Made by a program: the position numbers and the translations under genes. The notes under the pieces were generated by a model, which was given only the letters and a program-made list of their open reading frames with translations, had not been told where the DNA came from and ran no database searches. From the NCBI RefSeq assembly GCF_047602565.1, contig NZ_JASGGX010000001.1, positions 4,667,257 to 4,731,256 on the forward strand: DNA of 64,000 bases, read 5' to 3'. The stretch comes from Propionivibrio sp. (GTDB lineage: Bacteria > Pseudomonadota > Gammaproteobacteria > Burkholderiales > Rhodocyclaceae). Shown piece after piece: positions 17,637 through 28,572 of the stretch (its first letter is position 1; every line of letters starts with the position of its first letter).

Positions 17637-19760
17637 CTAATGGCCGGCCGGCTTACGGATGGGCAGCAGTATTTCGAAATGCGTCCCCCGCGCGTTGCTG
17701 CGGCAGGTGATCAGCCCCTGGTGCTTCTTGATCAGCCCATGCACGATGGACAGGCCGAGGCCCTGGTGGCCTTCGCCCTTGGTGGTGCGCACCGGCTGGA
17801 ACAGGTTGGACAGAATCTCGGCGGGAATTCCCGGACCATTGTCGATCACGCAGATTTCCACGAACAGCGCTCCGTCCTTGTTGACGTGGCCGTTGTTGAC
17901 GATCTGGATCTCCCCGCCCGCGCGCACGGCCTCGACGGCGTTCTTGACCAGATTGACCAGGATCTGCTTGAGCGTATCCGGGCTGGTTTCGACCTCGGTT
18001 GGCAGATCCTGCGTGTGCACTGTGATCTTCACTGTATCGGGCACGAACTCCGTGTCGCGGAACAGCCGCACCACTTCGCGGATGACCCGGTTGGCCTCGG
18101 CGCAGTTTTCGCGCACGGCCGGCTTGAGGTTGGAGAGCCCCTGGATGATCGCGCCGACCCGGTCGATCTCCTCGTTGAGGATCGAGATCTCGCCGGACAC
18201 CGGTTCGCGGCGTTCGAGCTTGGTATCCAGGACGCTCAGATAGTTCTTGATGATCGACAGGGGATTGTTGATCTCGTGCGCGATCTTGCGCGAGGCCTCG
18301 CGGTAGTCCTCGACCACGGCGGCGACCCGGCGCGACGCTTCGCTGCGCTCGCCCAGCGCGGTTTCGAGCGCCATCGCCGCCTGCTCGCCGAACGATCGCA
18401 GGAAGCGTTCCCGTTTGCGCAGACCCTCCGTCTGCCAGGCGGCGATCCCGCCGATCAGCAGGCCCAGGCAGCGGCCGTGGGCGGCCAGCGGCAGGCAGAC
18501 CAGCGCGTCGCATTTGAGGATGTGCAGCAGTTGCTCTTCGGTGACGCCGAGCGGATTGCCGTCGTCCACGATGAACGCCGTGCGGCGCTGCAGCGCTGCT
18601 TCAGCCACGATGCCGCCGCTGGTCAGGGCGACCGTGAATTCCTTCAGGCGCTGCTTGTTTTCGCCGATGGGCACGCCGACCAGCGCGTTGCCGGTGCCGT
18701 TGGTGAGCAGGATGAGCGCATCCTCGAAATCGAACAGGATGCGCGCCGACCGGCTCATCGCTTCCAGCAGGGTCGCTTCCCCCTGCTGCGGGGCCAGCGC
18801 GCGGCCGGCTTCGGAAGACAGCACCAGATGCAGCACTTCGTCGGAGAGCTTCCTTTGCGCCGACTGGCCGGCCGGTTCGGCGGCCGGATCGACCGCGGTC
18901 GGAATGTCCAGTTCGTCGACGCCGGTCAGGTCGATGCCCAGATAGTCGGCCGCCTGCTTGACCTGCGCCGAGGCGCCCGCGGCGATCTTCGTCAGGTCTT
19001 CGTCGTCGATCCCGCACAGGGCGGCGGCCGCCTTGACGGTGGGGTCCTCCGTGTCGTTGTCGCTCAGCAGGTGCGCGAGCAGGACGATGCGGATCAGCGG
19101 ATGCGTATTGCCCAGCCGGGTCACCGACTCGTGGTGGTAGAGCACGCTGTCCGACAGGAAGGAGTCCAGGTTCCAGCGTTCGACCAGCCAGGCGCCGGCC
19201 TCCTGGTGGGTGATCTTCAGCGTCCGCTCCTCGATTTCGCAGAGAATCTCGTCGTCCCTGGCGAGGAAATTGGTGCCGTATTCCCGGGGCGCGGTGGCCA
19301 GCAGCGCGAGCCGGCCGACGTCGTGCAGCAGCCCGGCGAGGTAGGCCTCCTCGACGTGCGGATAACTGATCAATCCGGCGATCTCGCGCGCCAGGACGGC
19401 CGAGGACAGCGAGTGCTTCCAGAAGGCGCGCAGGTCGGTGCTGTTGGCATGCGAGAAGTTGTTGAATACCTGGAACACCGATTCGCTGATCACCAGCGTC
19501 TTGATGATGCCGACGCCCAGCGTCATCAGCGAATGTTCGAGCCCGAGCTTGCGGTTGCCGCGGTGATAGGCGGAACTGTTGGCCACCGAGAGGATTTTCC
19601 CGGTCATGCCGGGGTCCTTGGCCACCAGCTCGGCCAGGGCGTTCATGCCGACTTCTTCCGTCTGGCATTGCTCGATCAGTTTCAGCAGTATCTGGGGCAT
19701 GGCTGGCAGCCGTGCGACCAGCAAGCGGTGGCGAATATCAGATTCTTCTTGGCGCATCAT
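17637..19760 (-). CDS. HDOD-GAF-histidine kinase
   Basis: LPAMPQ, DPGMTGKIL, HDVG (HDOD); HEINNPL, NLVKNA, DNGPGI, GLGL (HisKA/HATPase). Confidence 0.9.
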   Translation of the reverse strand: MMRQEESDIRHRLLVARLPAMPQILLKLIEQCQTEEVGMNALAELVAKDPGMTGKILSVANSSAYHRGNRKLGLEHSLMTLGVGIIKTLVISESVFQVFNNFSHANSTDLRAFWKHSLSSAVLAREIAGLISYPHVEEAYLAGLLHDVGRLALLATAPREYGTNFLARDDEILCEIEERTLKITHQEAGAWLVERWNLDSFLSDSVLYHHESVTRLGNTHPLIRIVLLAHLLSDNDTEDPTVKAAAALCGIDDEDLTKIAAGASAQVKQAADYLGIDLTGVDELDIPTAVDPAAEPAGQSAQRKLSDEVLHLVLSSEAGRALAPQQGEATLLEAMSRSARILFDFEDALILLTNGTGNALVGVPIGENKQRLKEFTVALTSGGIVAEAALQRRTAFIVDDGNPLGVTEEQLLHILKCDALVCLPLAAHGRCLGLLIGGIAAWQTEGLRKRERFLRSFGEQAAMALETALGERSEASRRVAAVVEDYREASRKIAHEINNPLSIIKNYLSVLDTKLERREPVSGEISILNEEIDRVGAIIQGLSNLKPAVRENCAEANRVIREVVRLFRDTEFVPDTVKITVHTQDLPTEVETSPDTLKQILVNLVKNAVEAVRAGGEIQIVNNGHVNKDGALFVEICVIDNGPGIPAEILSNLFQPVRTTKGEGHQGLGLSIVHGLIKKHQGLITCRSNARGTHFEILLPIRKPAGH

Positions 19761-20181
19761 GTCCAGCCCCGCCGCAAGACAGCCGCGAGAAGTCGTCGCA
19801 CATCCGAATGCAAACGCCCATCGCCGCTTCCCTCGGGCAGAAAGCCTCTCCCTTGTCGATATTCCAGATGCTACTGAATGAAACTTATAACTTAAGTCAT
19901 AGCCAGGGAAATAATACAAAAACGGTTAAGCCTTAGCCAGCGATCCGTAAGTCAAGATTCAATTTACTGTCCCATCTGTATCAAACTGCGCCGAAATCCT
20001 GCGCGAAAGCGCCTTTTTTGCTCGTTCGGGCGATTCGCCCGATTCGGCAGAACGCGCGGAGAGGCGTCGGGATCGCGACTTGATGTACGCTATGCACCTC
20101 TTTGTCCATGCGCGGCGAAGGTCCGACAGAAAATCGGCGGCGCAGGGAATCCGAATTGTCTCCAGGGAGGGTGGAAGATCG

Positions 20182-20535
20182 ATGTTGCCAAGAAGGTCGA
20201 TAGCGCTTTGGGTCCTGCTGCCGGTGCTGGGGATGGCGAGCGGCATGGCCGCGGCCCAGCCCAGGATGCTGGGGTTCGACGACAATTCCTGCCAGGCCTG
20301 GGTCGGATCGAAAGACGATGCGGATCAGCGCAGGGAATATGTGTCGTGGGCGCGCGGCTTCCTGAGCGGCCACAACTACGCGAATCAGAAACAGCAGGTC
20401 TCGGACGTTTCGCGCGGCACGGTGGAGATGTTCATCGAGCGTTTCTGCCGCGACAAACCGACCGCGCCCTTCACCGAGGCCGTGTATCGCATGAGCGACC
20501 AGTACTCGGGGCGGGGAGCGCCCATCGCCAAATAG
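20182..20535 (+). CDS. Secreted hypothetical protein (two-Cys, HdeA-like size)
   Basis: Signal peptide, SC..W...GFLSGHN...FC pattern. Confidence 0.65.
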   Translation: MLPRRSIALWVLLPVLGMASGMAAAQPRMLGFDDNSCQAWVGSKDDADQRREYVSWARGFLSGHNYANQKQQVSDVSRGTVEMFIERFCRDKPTAPFTEAVYRMSDQYSGRGAPIAK

Positions 20536-20756
20536 CCGGGCCGGCGCGCCAGCATCTTTATGACTTTGGCGTTGCGGCGGACGGGAATCCAAAGGGGCGT
20601 GGCCGTCGGTTCGAGGGTTCGATTTTTGGCTGAACTATCAGTGGCTTAGCGGGAGCAAGTCGTCAGTTTACGTCGAACTGTCCATCAGTTTATTCCGATC
20701 ATCGCAGCCACCGATTGGCAGTATGCTTGGCGCACACCAAAAACCGTGGGGGCGCC

Positions 20757-21266
20757 GTGAGAAGACTGCTCATACCTGTCGATGGCTCGGCCAATTCCCT
20801 TTGCGCCGTTCACCATGCCCTTGGCGAGTACAGGAAAAATCCGCAGACCAGCATCCATCTGCTGAACGTGCGGCCCAGGATGTCGCGTTACCTGGCCCGG
20901 CATGTGAGCAAGCGGGATCGCGAGCAATGGCGCCAGGGCGAGGCGGAGAAGGCGCTGCGCCCCGCGCGGGAACTGCTCGACAAATCCGGGATTCCCTACG
21001 CCGCCCACGTCGAAACGGGCGACACCGCGGAAGCGGTCGTGACCAAGGCCCGTGACCTGCGCTGCGACTGCATCCTGATCAGCACGGCCCGCAAGGATTC
21101 GCTGAACCGCCTGCTGGCCGCTTCCGTGACGAACCGCATCCTGGCGCTGACCGACATTCCGGTCGAAATCGTCGTCGGCCGCGACGTGTCGAACCTGGAG
21201 AGCATCGGCATCCCGGCCGGCGTCGGCCTGGGCATCGCCGGGCTGATCATGCTCGTCCTCGACTGA
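20757..21266 (+). CDS. Universal stress protein
   Basis: LLIPVDGS start, LLNV, G-x-TAE, SVT; C-terminal TM tail. Confidence 0.85.
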   Translation: MRRLLIPVDGSANSLCAVHHALGEYRKNPQTSIHLLNVRPRMSRYLARHVSKRDREQWRQGEAEKALRPARELLDKSGIPYAAHVETGDTAEAVVTKARDLRCDCILISTARKDSLNRLLAASVTNRILALTDIPVEIVVGRDVSNLESIGIPAGVGLGIAGLIMLVLD

Positions 21267-21305
21267 GCGGACGCGCGGCCCGGCTGCCGCGCATCCCGGC
21301 GCCCG

Positions 21306-22811
21306 CTATTCCGGGCGCATCTGCGGGAAGAGGATGACGTCGCGGATGTTGGCCGAATCGGTCAGCAGCATGACCAGGCGGTCGATGCCGATGCCGCAGC
21401 CGCCGGTCGGCGGCAGGCCGTATTCCAGGGCGCGAATGTAGTCGGCGTCGTAGTACATCGCTTCCTCGTCGCCCGCGTCCTTGGCCTTGGCCTGCGCCAG
21501 GAAACGCTCCGCCTGGTCTTCCGGGTCGTTCAGCTCGGAGAAGCCGTTGGCGATTTCGCGGCCGACGATGAACAGCTCGAAGCGTTCCGTGATCTCGGAA
21601 TTATCGTCGCTGCAGCGCGCCAGCGGGCTGATCTCGGCCGGGTAGTCGATGATGAAGGTCGGGTCCCACAGTTCGGCTTCCGTGGTTTCCTCGAACATCA
21701 GCAGCTGCAGCGTGCCGAGGCCCATGCCGGGCTTGAGCTCGGCCTTCATCGCGGCCAGCTTCTGGCGCAGCCAGTCGGCGTCGGTCAGCTGTTCCAGCGT
21801 GTACTGCGGGCGGTACTTCATGATCGCCTGGACCATGGTCAGGCGGTCGAACGGCTTGGACAGATCGAGCGGGCGGCCCTGATAGACGAAGACCTCGGTG
21901 CCGAGCGCCTCGCGCGCCGAGTGGCGCAGCAGGCCCTCGGTGAAGTCCATCAGCTTGTGGTATTCCGAGTACGCCTCGTAGAACTCCATCATGGTGAACT
22001 CAGGGTTGTGCCGGGGGCTCATGCCTTCGTTGCGGAAGTTGCGGTTGAGTTCGAACACCTTCTCGAAGCCGCCGACGACCAGCTTCTTGAGGTACAGCTC
22101 GGGCGCAATGCGCAGGAACAGCTCCATGTCCAGCGCGTTGTGGTGCGTCTTGAACGGGCGCGCCGAGGCGCCGCCGGGGATCGGATGCATCATCGGCGTC
22201 TCGACTTCCAGGAAGCCGTGGCTGCACATGTAGTTGCGGATCGACTGCACGATGCGGCTGCGCGCCATGAAGGTGAAGCGCGACTGCTCGTTCATGATCA
22301 GGTCGAGATGGCGCAGGCGGTACTTCTGCTCCTGGTCGCTGAGGCCGTGGAATTTTTCCGGCAGCGGGCGCAGCGATTTCGACAGCAGGCGCAGTTCGGC
22401 GCACTGCACGGTCAGTTCGTTGGTGCGGGTGCGGAAGAGGGTGCCGACGGCGCCGACGATGTCGCCGATGTCCCAGCGCTTGAAGGCGGCGTAGGTCTCC
22501 TCGCCGACCTTGTCGCGCGCGACGTAGAGCTGGATGCGGCCGCCGACGTCCGAGATGGTGATGAACGACGCCTTGCCCATGACGCGCTTGAGCATGATGC
22601 GGCCGGCCACCTTGACTTCGACCGGATTGGCCTCGAGTTCCTCGCCGGTCTTCGCGTCGTACAGCTCGATGATCTTGCCGGAGATGTTTTCGCGCTCGAA
22701 ATCGTTCGGGTAGGCCTTGCCGGCGGCGCGCCATTCGGCGAGCTTGGCGCGGCGTTCCGCGATGATGTGGTTTTCGTCCTGCTCCGGGGCGATGGGGGTC
22801 TGGTCAGACAT
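21306..22811 (-). CDS. lysS: Lysine--tRNA ligase (class II)
   Basis: [28 protein letters not shown] motifs. Confidence 0.98.
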   Translation of the reverse strand: MSDQTPIAPEQDENHIIAERRAKLAEWRAAGKAYPNDFERENISGKIIELYDAKTGEELEANPVEVKVAGRIMLKRVMGKASFITISDVGGRIQLYVARDKVGEETYAAFKRWDIGDIVGAVGTLFRTRTNELTVQCAELRLLSKSLRPLPEKFHGLSDQEQKYRLRHLDLIMNEQSRFTFMARSRIVQSIRNYMCSHGFLEVETPMMHPIPGGASARPFKTHHNALDMELFLRIAPELYLKKLVVGGFEKVFELNRNFRNEGMSPRHNPEFTMMEFYEAYSEYHKLMDFTEGLLRHSAREALGTEVFVYQGRPLDLSKPFDRLTMVQAIMKYRPQYTLEQLTDADWLRQKLAAMKAELKPGMGLGTLQLLMFEETTEAELWDPTFIIDYPAEISPLARCSDDNSEITERFELFIVGREIANGFSELNDPEDQAERFLAQAKAKDAGDEEAMYYDADYIRALEYGLPPTGGCGIGIDRLVMLLTDSANIRDVILFPQMRPE

Positions 22812-22858
22812 GTCGTCTCTCTGCATGGGTTTGAATTCTTGGTTCGCTGCGGCGGTGC

Positions 22859-23963
22859 CTACACGCCCTGCTTGAGGCTGGCTGCGATGAAAAGATCGAG
22901 GTCGCCGTCGAGCACGCGCTGCGTGTCGCCCACTTCGACGTTGGTGCGCAGATCCTTGATGCGCGACTGGTCCAGCACGTAGGAACGGATCTGGTGGCCC
23001 CAGCCGATGTCGGTCTTGGCATCCTCGAGTTTCTGCTGTTCGGCCTGGCGCTTGCGCATTTCGGCCTCGTACAGGCGCGATTTCAGCATGGCCATCGCCT
23101 CGGCGCGGTTGCGGTGCTGCGAGCGGTCGTTCTGGCACTGCACGACGATGCCCGACGGCAAGTGCGTGATGCGCACCGCCGAGTCGGTCTTGTTGATGTG
23201 CTGGCCGCCCGCGCCCGAGGCGCGGTAGGTGTCGATGCGCAGGTCGGCGGGGTTGATCTCGATCTCGAACGAATCGTCGATTTCCGGGTATACGAACACC
23301 GAGGCGAAACTGGTGTGCCGGCGGGCGTTCGAGTCGAACGGCGACTTGCGCACCAGGCGGTGGATGCCGGTTTCCGAGCGCAGCATGCCGAAGCAGTATT
23401 CGCCGGAGAGCTTGATGGTGGCGGTCTTGATGCCGGCCACGTCGCCTTCGGATTCTTCCAGCACCTCGACGGCGTAGCCCCTGCGCTCGCCGTACTTCAC
23501 GTACATGCGCAGGAGCATCGACGCCCAGTCCTGGGCCTCGGTCCCGCCGGCGCCGGCCTGGATGTCGAGAAAGCAGTTGAGCGGGTCGGCCGGGTTGTTG
23601 AACATGCGGCGGAATTCGAGGCCGGCGATCTCCTTTTCGATGCCGTCGATGTCGTCGGCGACTGCGAGCAGGGTCGCGTCGTCATCCTCGTCGCGCGCCA
23701 TGGCGAAAAGCTCCTCGGTGTCCTTGAGGCCGTCCGCCACGCGGTTCAGGGTCAGCACGACGCCTTCGAGCGCCTTCTTTTCCTTGGCCAGTTCCTGCGC
23801 GCGCTCCGCGTTGTTCCAGACCGCGGGGTCTTCCAGTTCGCGGTTGACCGCGCTCAGTTGATCGAATTTCTGATCGTAGTCAAAGATACCTCCGGAGCTC
23901 GGTGGCGCGCTGGGCGATGTCCACGAGCCGGTTGGCGATCTGATTGAGTTGTTCTGCTTCCAT
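22859..23963 (-). CDS. prfB: Peptide chain release factor 2 with programmed +1 frameshift
   Basis: MEAEQ...LRRYL then CTT-TGA-C with an internal SD; GGQ and SPF motifs downstream. Confidence 0.97.
23879..23894 (-). promoter_or_regulatory. prfB +1 frameshift site (GGAGGT-AT-CTTTGAC)
   Basis: Canonical autoregulatory shift site CTT TGA C at 23885-23879 preceded by an SD-like sequence. Confidence 0.95.
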
Positions 23964-24106
23964 GATGTTCCGGAGAAAAAAGCGTGAAGCGAAGGATTAT
24001 ATACGCGGAGCGCCGCTTGGATTCAGCGCCTGCAAGTCATTTCCGACGGCGCCCGCGGCACCGGAAGCTGCTATGATGCCGCGTCGCTATTGCCTGGTCG
24101 TCGAAA

Positions 24107-24325
24107 ATGGCACGAAAAAAAGCCTGGCTGCCGCAAATCGGGATTGTCGCCACCTACGTCGGCCGTTCCAGCCGGATGGCGAAGGGCGGGTACAACGTGC
24201 GCGTGGTGGCCGAAGCGTGCGGCGGGCGCATGGTGGTGGAAGGCATCGGCCGGCGCGGCGTCGCGGTGCGCTTCACCATCAAGCGCGAAAACCTGGCGCC
24301 GCTCCAGCCGGGCCTGTTCGACTGA
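24107..24325 (+). CDS. Small hypothetical protein
   Basis: 72-aa ORF filling the prfB-rdgC gap, host-like codon usage. Confidence 0.6.
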   Translation: MARKKAWLPQIGIVATYVGRSSRMAKGGYNVRVVAEACGGRMVVEGIGRRGVAVRFTIKRENLAPLQPGLFD

Positions 24326-24331
24326 GCCGCC

Positions 24332-25237
24332 TCAAGCGGCGGCCGGCTGTTCCCCGCCGAGCGCGGCCGTCAGGTCGTCGAGCAGGTGGGCGAGTTCGCC
24401 CGTCATCAGCGCGAAATCCAGGTCGAAGCGTTCTTCCTCGTTTTCCGCCTGTCCGTCCGTCGATTCCTTGAGGATGTCCAGGAAGCCCAGGCGTTTGAGC
24501 TGCAGCTTGTCGTCCAGCACGAACGAGATCTTGTCTCCCCAGGTCATTCCCAGGCGGGTCACCACCTTGCCGGCCGCGATGTGCCCGGGGATTTCCTCCC
24601 CGTCCAGCGGGTGCTTGGCGTAGCGCACGACCGCGTTTTCCGCCGAACGCAGCTCCATGTCCTGATCGATGGAGAAGCCCGCCGGAGCCGCGCCGTCGGC
24701 GATCCAGCCGGTCATCGCCGAGGAGGGCGACTGCATCACCTTCAGCGGCGAGATCGACAGCTTGTCCACCGACTTGTGCAGCAGTTCAATCGCCTCGTCG
24801 GCCTTGGCCGGGGCGGCGGCATCGATCACCAGCCAGCCGTGGACCGGGTCGATCCAGCAGTAGGTCGTGCGTTTGCGGACGAAGGCGCGCGGCAGCAGTT
24901 CCTGGGTGACCGCTTCCTGGAGGTCCCGCAGCTCCCGGCGGCCGACGCGGCGTCCTTCCTTCTCCTCGATGAGCTGCGCCCGATCCTTGACGTGCTGCTT
25001 GACGACCGATGCCGGCAGGAGCTTTTGCTCGATGCCGAGGGCGAGCAGCCATTGCCGGTTGACCGCATGCACCAGCGCCCCGTCGGCGCACGGAGGAATC
25101 CAGCCGAGACTCGACGGCAGGCTGCTGCTGCAGGGCTGGAGGGGACTGCGCGCAAGCTGCTCCTCGATCGCCTCGACGGCCAGGGCGTCGGGCTCAAGCA
25201 GGCGGAATAGTTGGAGATTTCTGAACCACATACCCAT
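24332..25237 (-). CDS. rdgC: Recombination-associated protein RdgC
   Basis: MWFRNLQLFRL start, KLLPASVV, LLPRAF, DFALMTGEL. Confidence 0.93.
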   Translation of the reverse strand: MGMWFRNLQLFRLLEPDALAVEAIEEQLARSPLQPCSSSLPSSLGWIPPCADGALVHAVNRQWLLALGIEQKLLPASVVKQHVKDRAQLIEEKEGRRVGRRELRDLQEAVTQELLPRAFVRKRTTYCWIDPVHGWLVIDAAAPAKADEAIELLHKSVDKLSISPLKVMQSPSSAMTGWIADGAAPAGFSIDQDMELRSAENAVVRYAKHPLDGEEIPGHIAAGKVVTRLGMTWGDKISFVLDDKLQLKRLGFLDILKESTDGQAENEEERFDLDFALMTGELAHLLDDLTAALGGEQPAAA

Positions 25238-25374
25238 CGAATCCGAAAAGTGGCAAATTATAGGTTAGAAGCGCCGGCCGTTTGCTTCGGGATTCATTTT
25301 TCCGGCCGTGCATCGCCGGGCGGAGTTTTCCGCGAATTATTGTATGGGGAGGGGCTGTGGTTCATAATATTCAA

Positions 25375-25809
25375 ATGGATGATATGCAACCAATCGATAT
25401 GCGTCGCCGGATTCGCGAACTCCTTTCCATTCCGGAGCGCGATCGCACCGATGCGGAATGGGACGAGTTGAACGAACTCGAAATCCGGACGGCGCCGGGC
25501 AATCGCGATTACGACCGTACGCAGGACCGCCAGGGCCAGGTGGACCGGCGCCAGGGCGCCGTCATCGGGCAGGGCAGGCGGCCCGAGCGGAACAACAAGC
25601 CGCAGGGCAACAAGAACGGCAACATCCTGCGGCAGCAGCCCGAGGGTCGGCCGGAAGGGCGCATGCTCAAGCGGCAGCACCGGCGTCCCAAGCGGCAGGG
25701 AGAAGGTCAGCCGGGCGCCGGCGGGGCGAATCCGAATGGCGGGAATGCCGCGTCTGCGGCGCCGATCATCGTGGAAATCCCCGCCAACGGCGACAAATCG
25801 GAAGGGTGA
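25375..25809 (+). CDS. Hypothetical protein with low-complexity C-terminus
   Basis: RRRIRELLSIPERDRTDAEWDELNELEI N-terminal helix, then a Q/R/G-rich tail. Confidence 0.65.
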   Translation: MDDMQPIDMRRRIRELLSIPERDRTDAEWDELNELEIRTAPGNRDYDRTQDRQGQVDRRQGAVIGQGRRPERNNKPQGNKNGNILRQQPEGRPEGRMLKRQHRRPKRQGEGQPGAGGANPNGGNAASAAPIIVEIPANGDKSEG

Positions 25810-25830
25810 GCGCCGGCCTGGCGGCCGCGC

Positions 25831-26562
25831 TCAGGCAGGCGCCGTGTCGGCCAGCCACAGACACTTTCCCTTGCTTTCCTTCTGAATCGAAGCCAGGAGT
25901 TGGTCGTGCTCGGCCAGTTCCTGCCCGGTCGCCCGCAAGACCGTGTGCGCGTGCCGGATCTCCTCGTGCATGCCCTGGGGCAGCGGGCTCAGGATCGTTT
26001 CCTGGGCGCTCGCCTTGTCCTGGTCGATTTCCATGATCAGGCTTTCCTGGCCCCGCGTCATGGCCACGTACACTTCGGCGAGAATCTCGGCATCCAGCAG
26101 CGCGCCGTGCAGCGTGCGCTTCGAATTGTCGATCCCGTAGCGTTCGCAGAGTACGTTGAGGTTGTTCTTCTTGCCGGGATGCAGCTCTTTCGCCAGGCGC
26201 AGCGAATCGAGCACGCCGTGGCAGATGGTCTCGATCGGCGCCATGTCCAGCAAGGCCAGTTCGGCGTTCAGGAAGCCGATGTCGAACGAGGCGTTGTGGA
26301 TGATCAGTTCCGCACCGCGCACGAAGTCGAGGAACTCTTCGGCGATCTCCGCGAAACGCGGCTTGTCCTGCAGGAATTCGAGGCTGATGCCGTGCACCGC
26401 CAGGGCGCCGGCATCGATGTCGCGGTCGGGGTTCAGGTAGTGGTGGAAATGGTGGTTGGTCAAACGGCGGTTGACCATTTCGACGCAGCCGATCTCGATG
26501 ACGCGGTGCCCCAGCTTGTGTTCCAGACCTGTCGTTTCGGTGTCGAGAAATATCTGACGCAT
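25831..26562 (-). CDS. dnaQ: DNA polymerase III epsilon subunit
   Basis: LDTETTG, HNASFD, HGALLDA exonuclease motifs. Confidence 0.97.
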   Translation of the reverse strand: MRQIFLDTETTGLEHKLGHRVIEIGCVEMVNRRLTNHHFHHYLNPDRDIDAGALAVHGISLEFLQDKPRFAEIAEEFLDFVRGAELIIHNASFDIGFLNAELALLDMAPIETICHGVLDSLRLAKELHPGKKNNLNVLCERYGIDNSKRTLHGALLDAEILAEVYVAMTRGQESLIMEIDQDKASAQETILSPLPQGMHEEIRHAHTVLRATGQELAEHDQLLASIQKESKGKCLWLADTAPA

Positions 26563-26584
26563 GCTTCGCCTTTGCGGAAAGTGT

Positions 26585-27046
26585 TCAATTGCAGTTCGCC
26601 GGCGCGCTCAATTCGTCGATGCCCCGGTTGGCCAGACGGTCCGCGCGCTCGTTGCCGGGATGTCCGGCGTGCCCCCGGACCCAGAACCAGGAGATCTCAT
26701 GGGCGCCGGTCAGGCTGTCCAGCCGCTGCCACAGATCGGCGTTCTTGACCGGTTTCTTGTCCGCGGTTCGCCAGCCGTTCCTCTTCCAGTTGTGAATCCA
26801 CTGGCTGATCCCTTTCTGCACGTATTGGGAGTCGGTGTGGATATGCACGGCGACGGGGCGCGTCAAGGCCTCCAGCGCGCGAATGACGGCGGTGAGCTCC
26901 ATCCGGTTGTTCGTGGTGTTCCGTTCGCCGCCCCAGAGCTCCTTTTCGGTCGTTCCCGCCTGGAGCAGCGCGCCCCAGCCGCCGGGTCCCGGATTTCCGC
27001 GGCAGGCGCCGTCGGTGAAAATAATCACGGTCGATTCAGTGGACAC
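26585..27046 (-). CDS. rnhA: Ribonuclease HI
   Basis: [40 protein letters not shown]. Confidence 0.98.
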   Translation of the reverse strand: MSTESTVIIFTDGACRGNPGPGGWGALLQAGTTEKELWGGERNTTNNRMELTAVIRALEALTRPVAVHIHTDSQYVQKGISQWIHNWKRNGWRTADKKPVKNADLWQRLDSLTGAHEISWFWVRGHAGHPGNERADRLANRGIDELSAPANCN

Positions 27047-27764
27047 GTTTTTCGCTTCCTTCTTTATGGATCAGAGGGCGGAGCGCCTTCGTCGCGGGTT
27101 TCGCCGCGTTCCAGGCGGGCATGATCAAACGCATGCCGCGGACGCGCTTGATGGCGCGCAGCAGGTAGACGCCGCCGGCGAAACTCCACCACCGGTCTCC
27201 TGCCGCCTCCATGAAATGCCATCGTTTGAGCCACCGCGCCTGCACGCACGGCGGGGCATAGCAGCCGAAGTTGCCGCGGTCGACCTCGAAATTCAGCAAC
27301 TGCAGCCAGTCCTTGAGGCGCAGGACGGAAAGATAGCTGCCGTTGAACGGAAATGCCGGCGGGCAATTCGGCAGTTTCTTGCGCAGCCCCCATAGCGAGA
27401 TCGGGTTGAACCCGGTGAGCACCAGCTGCCCGTCGGGGATGAGGATGCGCTCGACTTCCCGAAGTATCTGGTGCGGATCGTCGTGGAACTCCAGCATGTG
27501 CGGCATGACCACCAGATCGATGCTGTTGGCGGCGAACGGCAGTTCCCGGAGGTCGCACAGGACGTCCACGTCGCCCGATTCCCCGGCGATCTGGCGCAGC
27601 GGTATCCGGTTGCAGGCGAGCAGCTTCAGCTGGGGCAGGCCGAGCTGCAGCGCGTTGTACCCGAACAGATCGTCGACCACGGCATCGATTTTCTCCTGCT
27701 CCCAGGACATGACGTAGCGCCCCTGCGGCGTGTCAAGCCAGTCCTCGATCCCGCGTATTGACAT
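27036..27764 (-). CDS. Class I SAM-dependent methyltransferase (YafS-like)
   Basis: [27 protein letters not shown]; conserved position between gloB and rnhA. Confidence 0.88.
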   Translation of the reverse strand: MSIRGIEDWLDTPQGRYVMSWEQEKIDAVVDDLFGYNALQLGLPQLKLLACNRIPLRQIAGESGDVDVLCDLRELPFAANSIDLVVMPHMLEFHDDPHQILREVERILIPDGQLVLTGFNPISLWGLRKKLPNCPPAFPFNGSYLSVLRLKDWLQLLNFEVDRGNFGCYAPPCVQARWLKRWHFMEAAGDRWWSFAGGVYLLRAIKRVRGMRLIMPAWNAAKPATKALRPLIHKEGSEKRVH

Positions 27765-27791
27765 TTCTCGCTATTCTTCCAAAATCGCCCA

Positions 27792-28556
27792 ATGTTCGAT
27801 GTGATCCGGATTCCGGCATTCAAGGATAACTACATCTGGCTGTTGCGCAAAGGCGCGGCGGCGGTCGTGGTCGATCCTGGCGACGCAGCGCCCGTCCTCG
27901 AGGTTCTGCGGCGGGAAAGCCTTTCGCTGGCTTCGATTCTGATCACCCATCACCACCACGACCATCAAGGCGGCGTCGCGGGTCTGCTGGAGTTTTCGCC
28001 GTCCGCGGAAGTTTTCGGTCCGGCGCAAGAGTCTATCACAGGCGCGACGAGACCCTTGCGGGGCGGGGAACGCATCCGCCCGGAGCCGCTCGGCGTCGAC
28101 CTGCAGGTCATCGCCGTTCCCGGCCATACGCTCGGGCATCTGGCGTACTACGGCGAGGGCTGCCTGTTCTGCGGGGATACCTTGTTCGCGGGCGGCTGCG
28201 GGCGCGTCTTCGAGGGCACGCCGCGTTCGATGTACGAATCCCTGGCGCGGCTGGCGGCGCTTCCCGACGACACGCTGGTCTATTGCGCGCACGAATATAC
28301 CGAGGCCAACCTGCGCTTCGCGCTGGCCGTCGAGCCGGGAAACCGCGCGTTGCGCCGCCGGGCCGACGAAGTCGCGGTGGTGCGCGCCAAGGGCATGTCA
28401 ACCGTGCCGTCCACGCTGGCGGTCGAAAAAGCCACCAATCCCTTCCTGCGCTGCCGGGAGCCGCAAATCGTCGACTCCGTGCGCGCGAGGGGGAGCATGG
28501 AAAGCGATCCCGTCGCGGTGTTCACCGCCCTCCGGGAGTGGAAGAATTCGTTCTGA
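27792..28556 (+). CDS. gloB: Hydroxyacylglutathione hydrolase
   Basis: THHHHDH, PGHT, GDTLF.GGCGR, CAHEYT, NPFLR. Confidence 0.96.
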   Translation: MFDVIRIPAFKDNYIWLLRKGAAAVVVDPGDAAPVLEVLRRESLSLASILITHHHHDHQGGVAGLLEFSPSAEVFGPAQESITGATRPLRGGERIRPEPLGVDLQVIAVPGHTLGHLAYYGEGCLFCGDTLFAGGCGRVFEGTPRSMYESLARLAALPDDTLVYCAHEYTEANLRFALAVEPGNRALRRRADEVAVVRAKGMSTVPSTLAVEKATNPFLRCREPQIVDSVRARGSMESDPVAVFTALREWKNSF

Positions 28557-28572
28557 TCGGGGCCTGTTTTAG

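Noticed and set aside
22812-23138. Long N-terminal extension of LysS in the ORF track
   Set aside because: Alternative frame of prfB; LysS homology starts at 22811.
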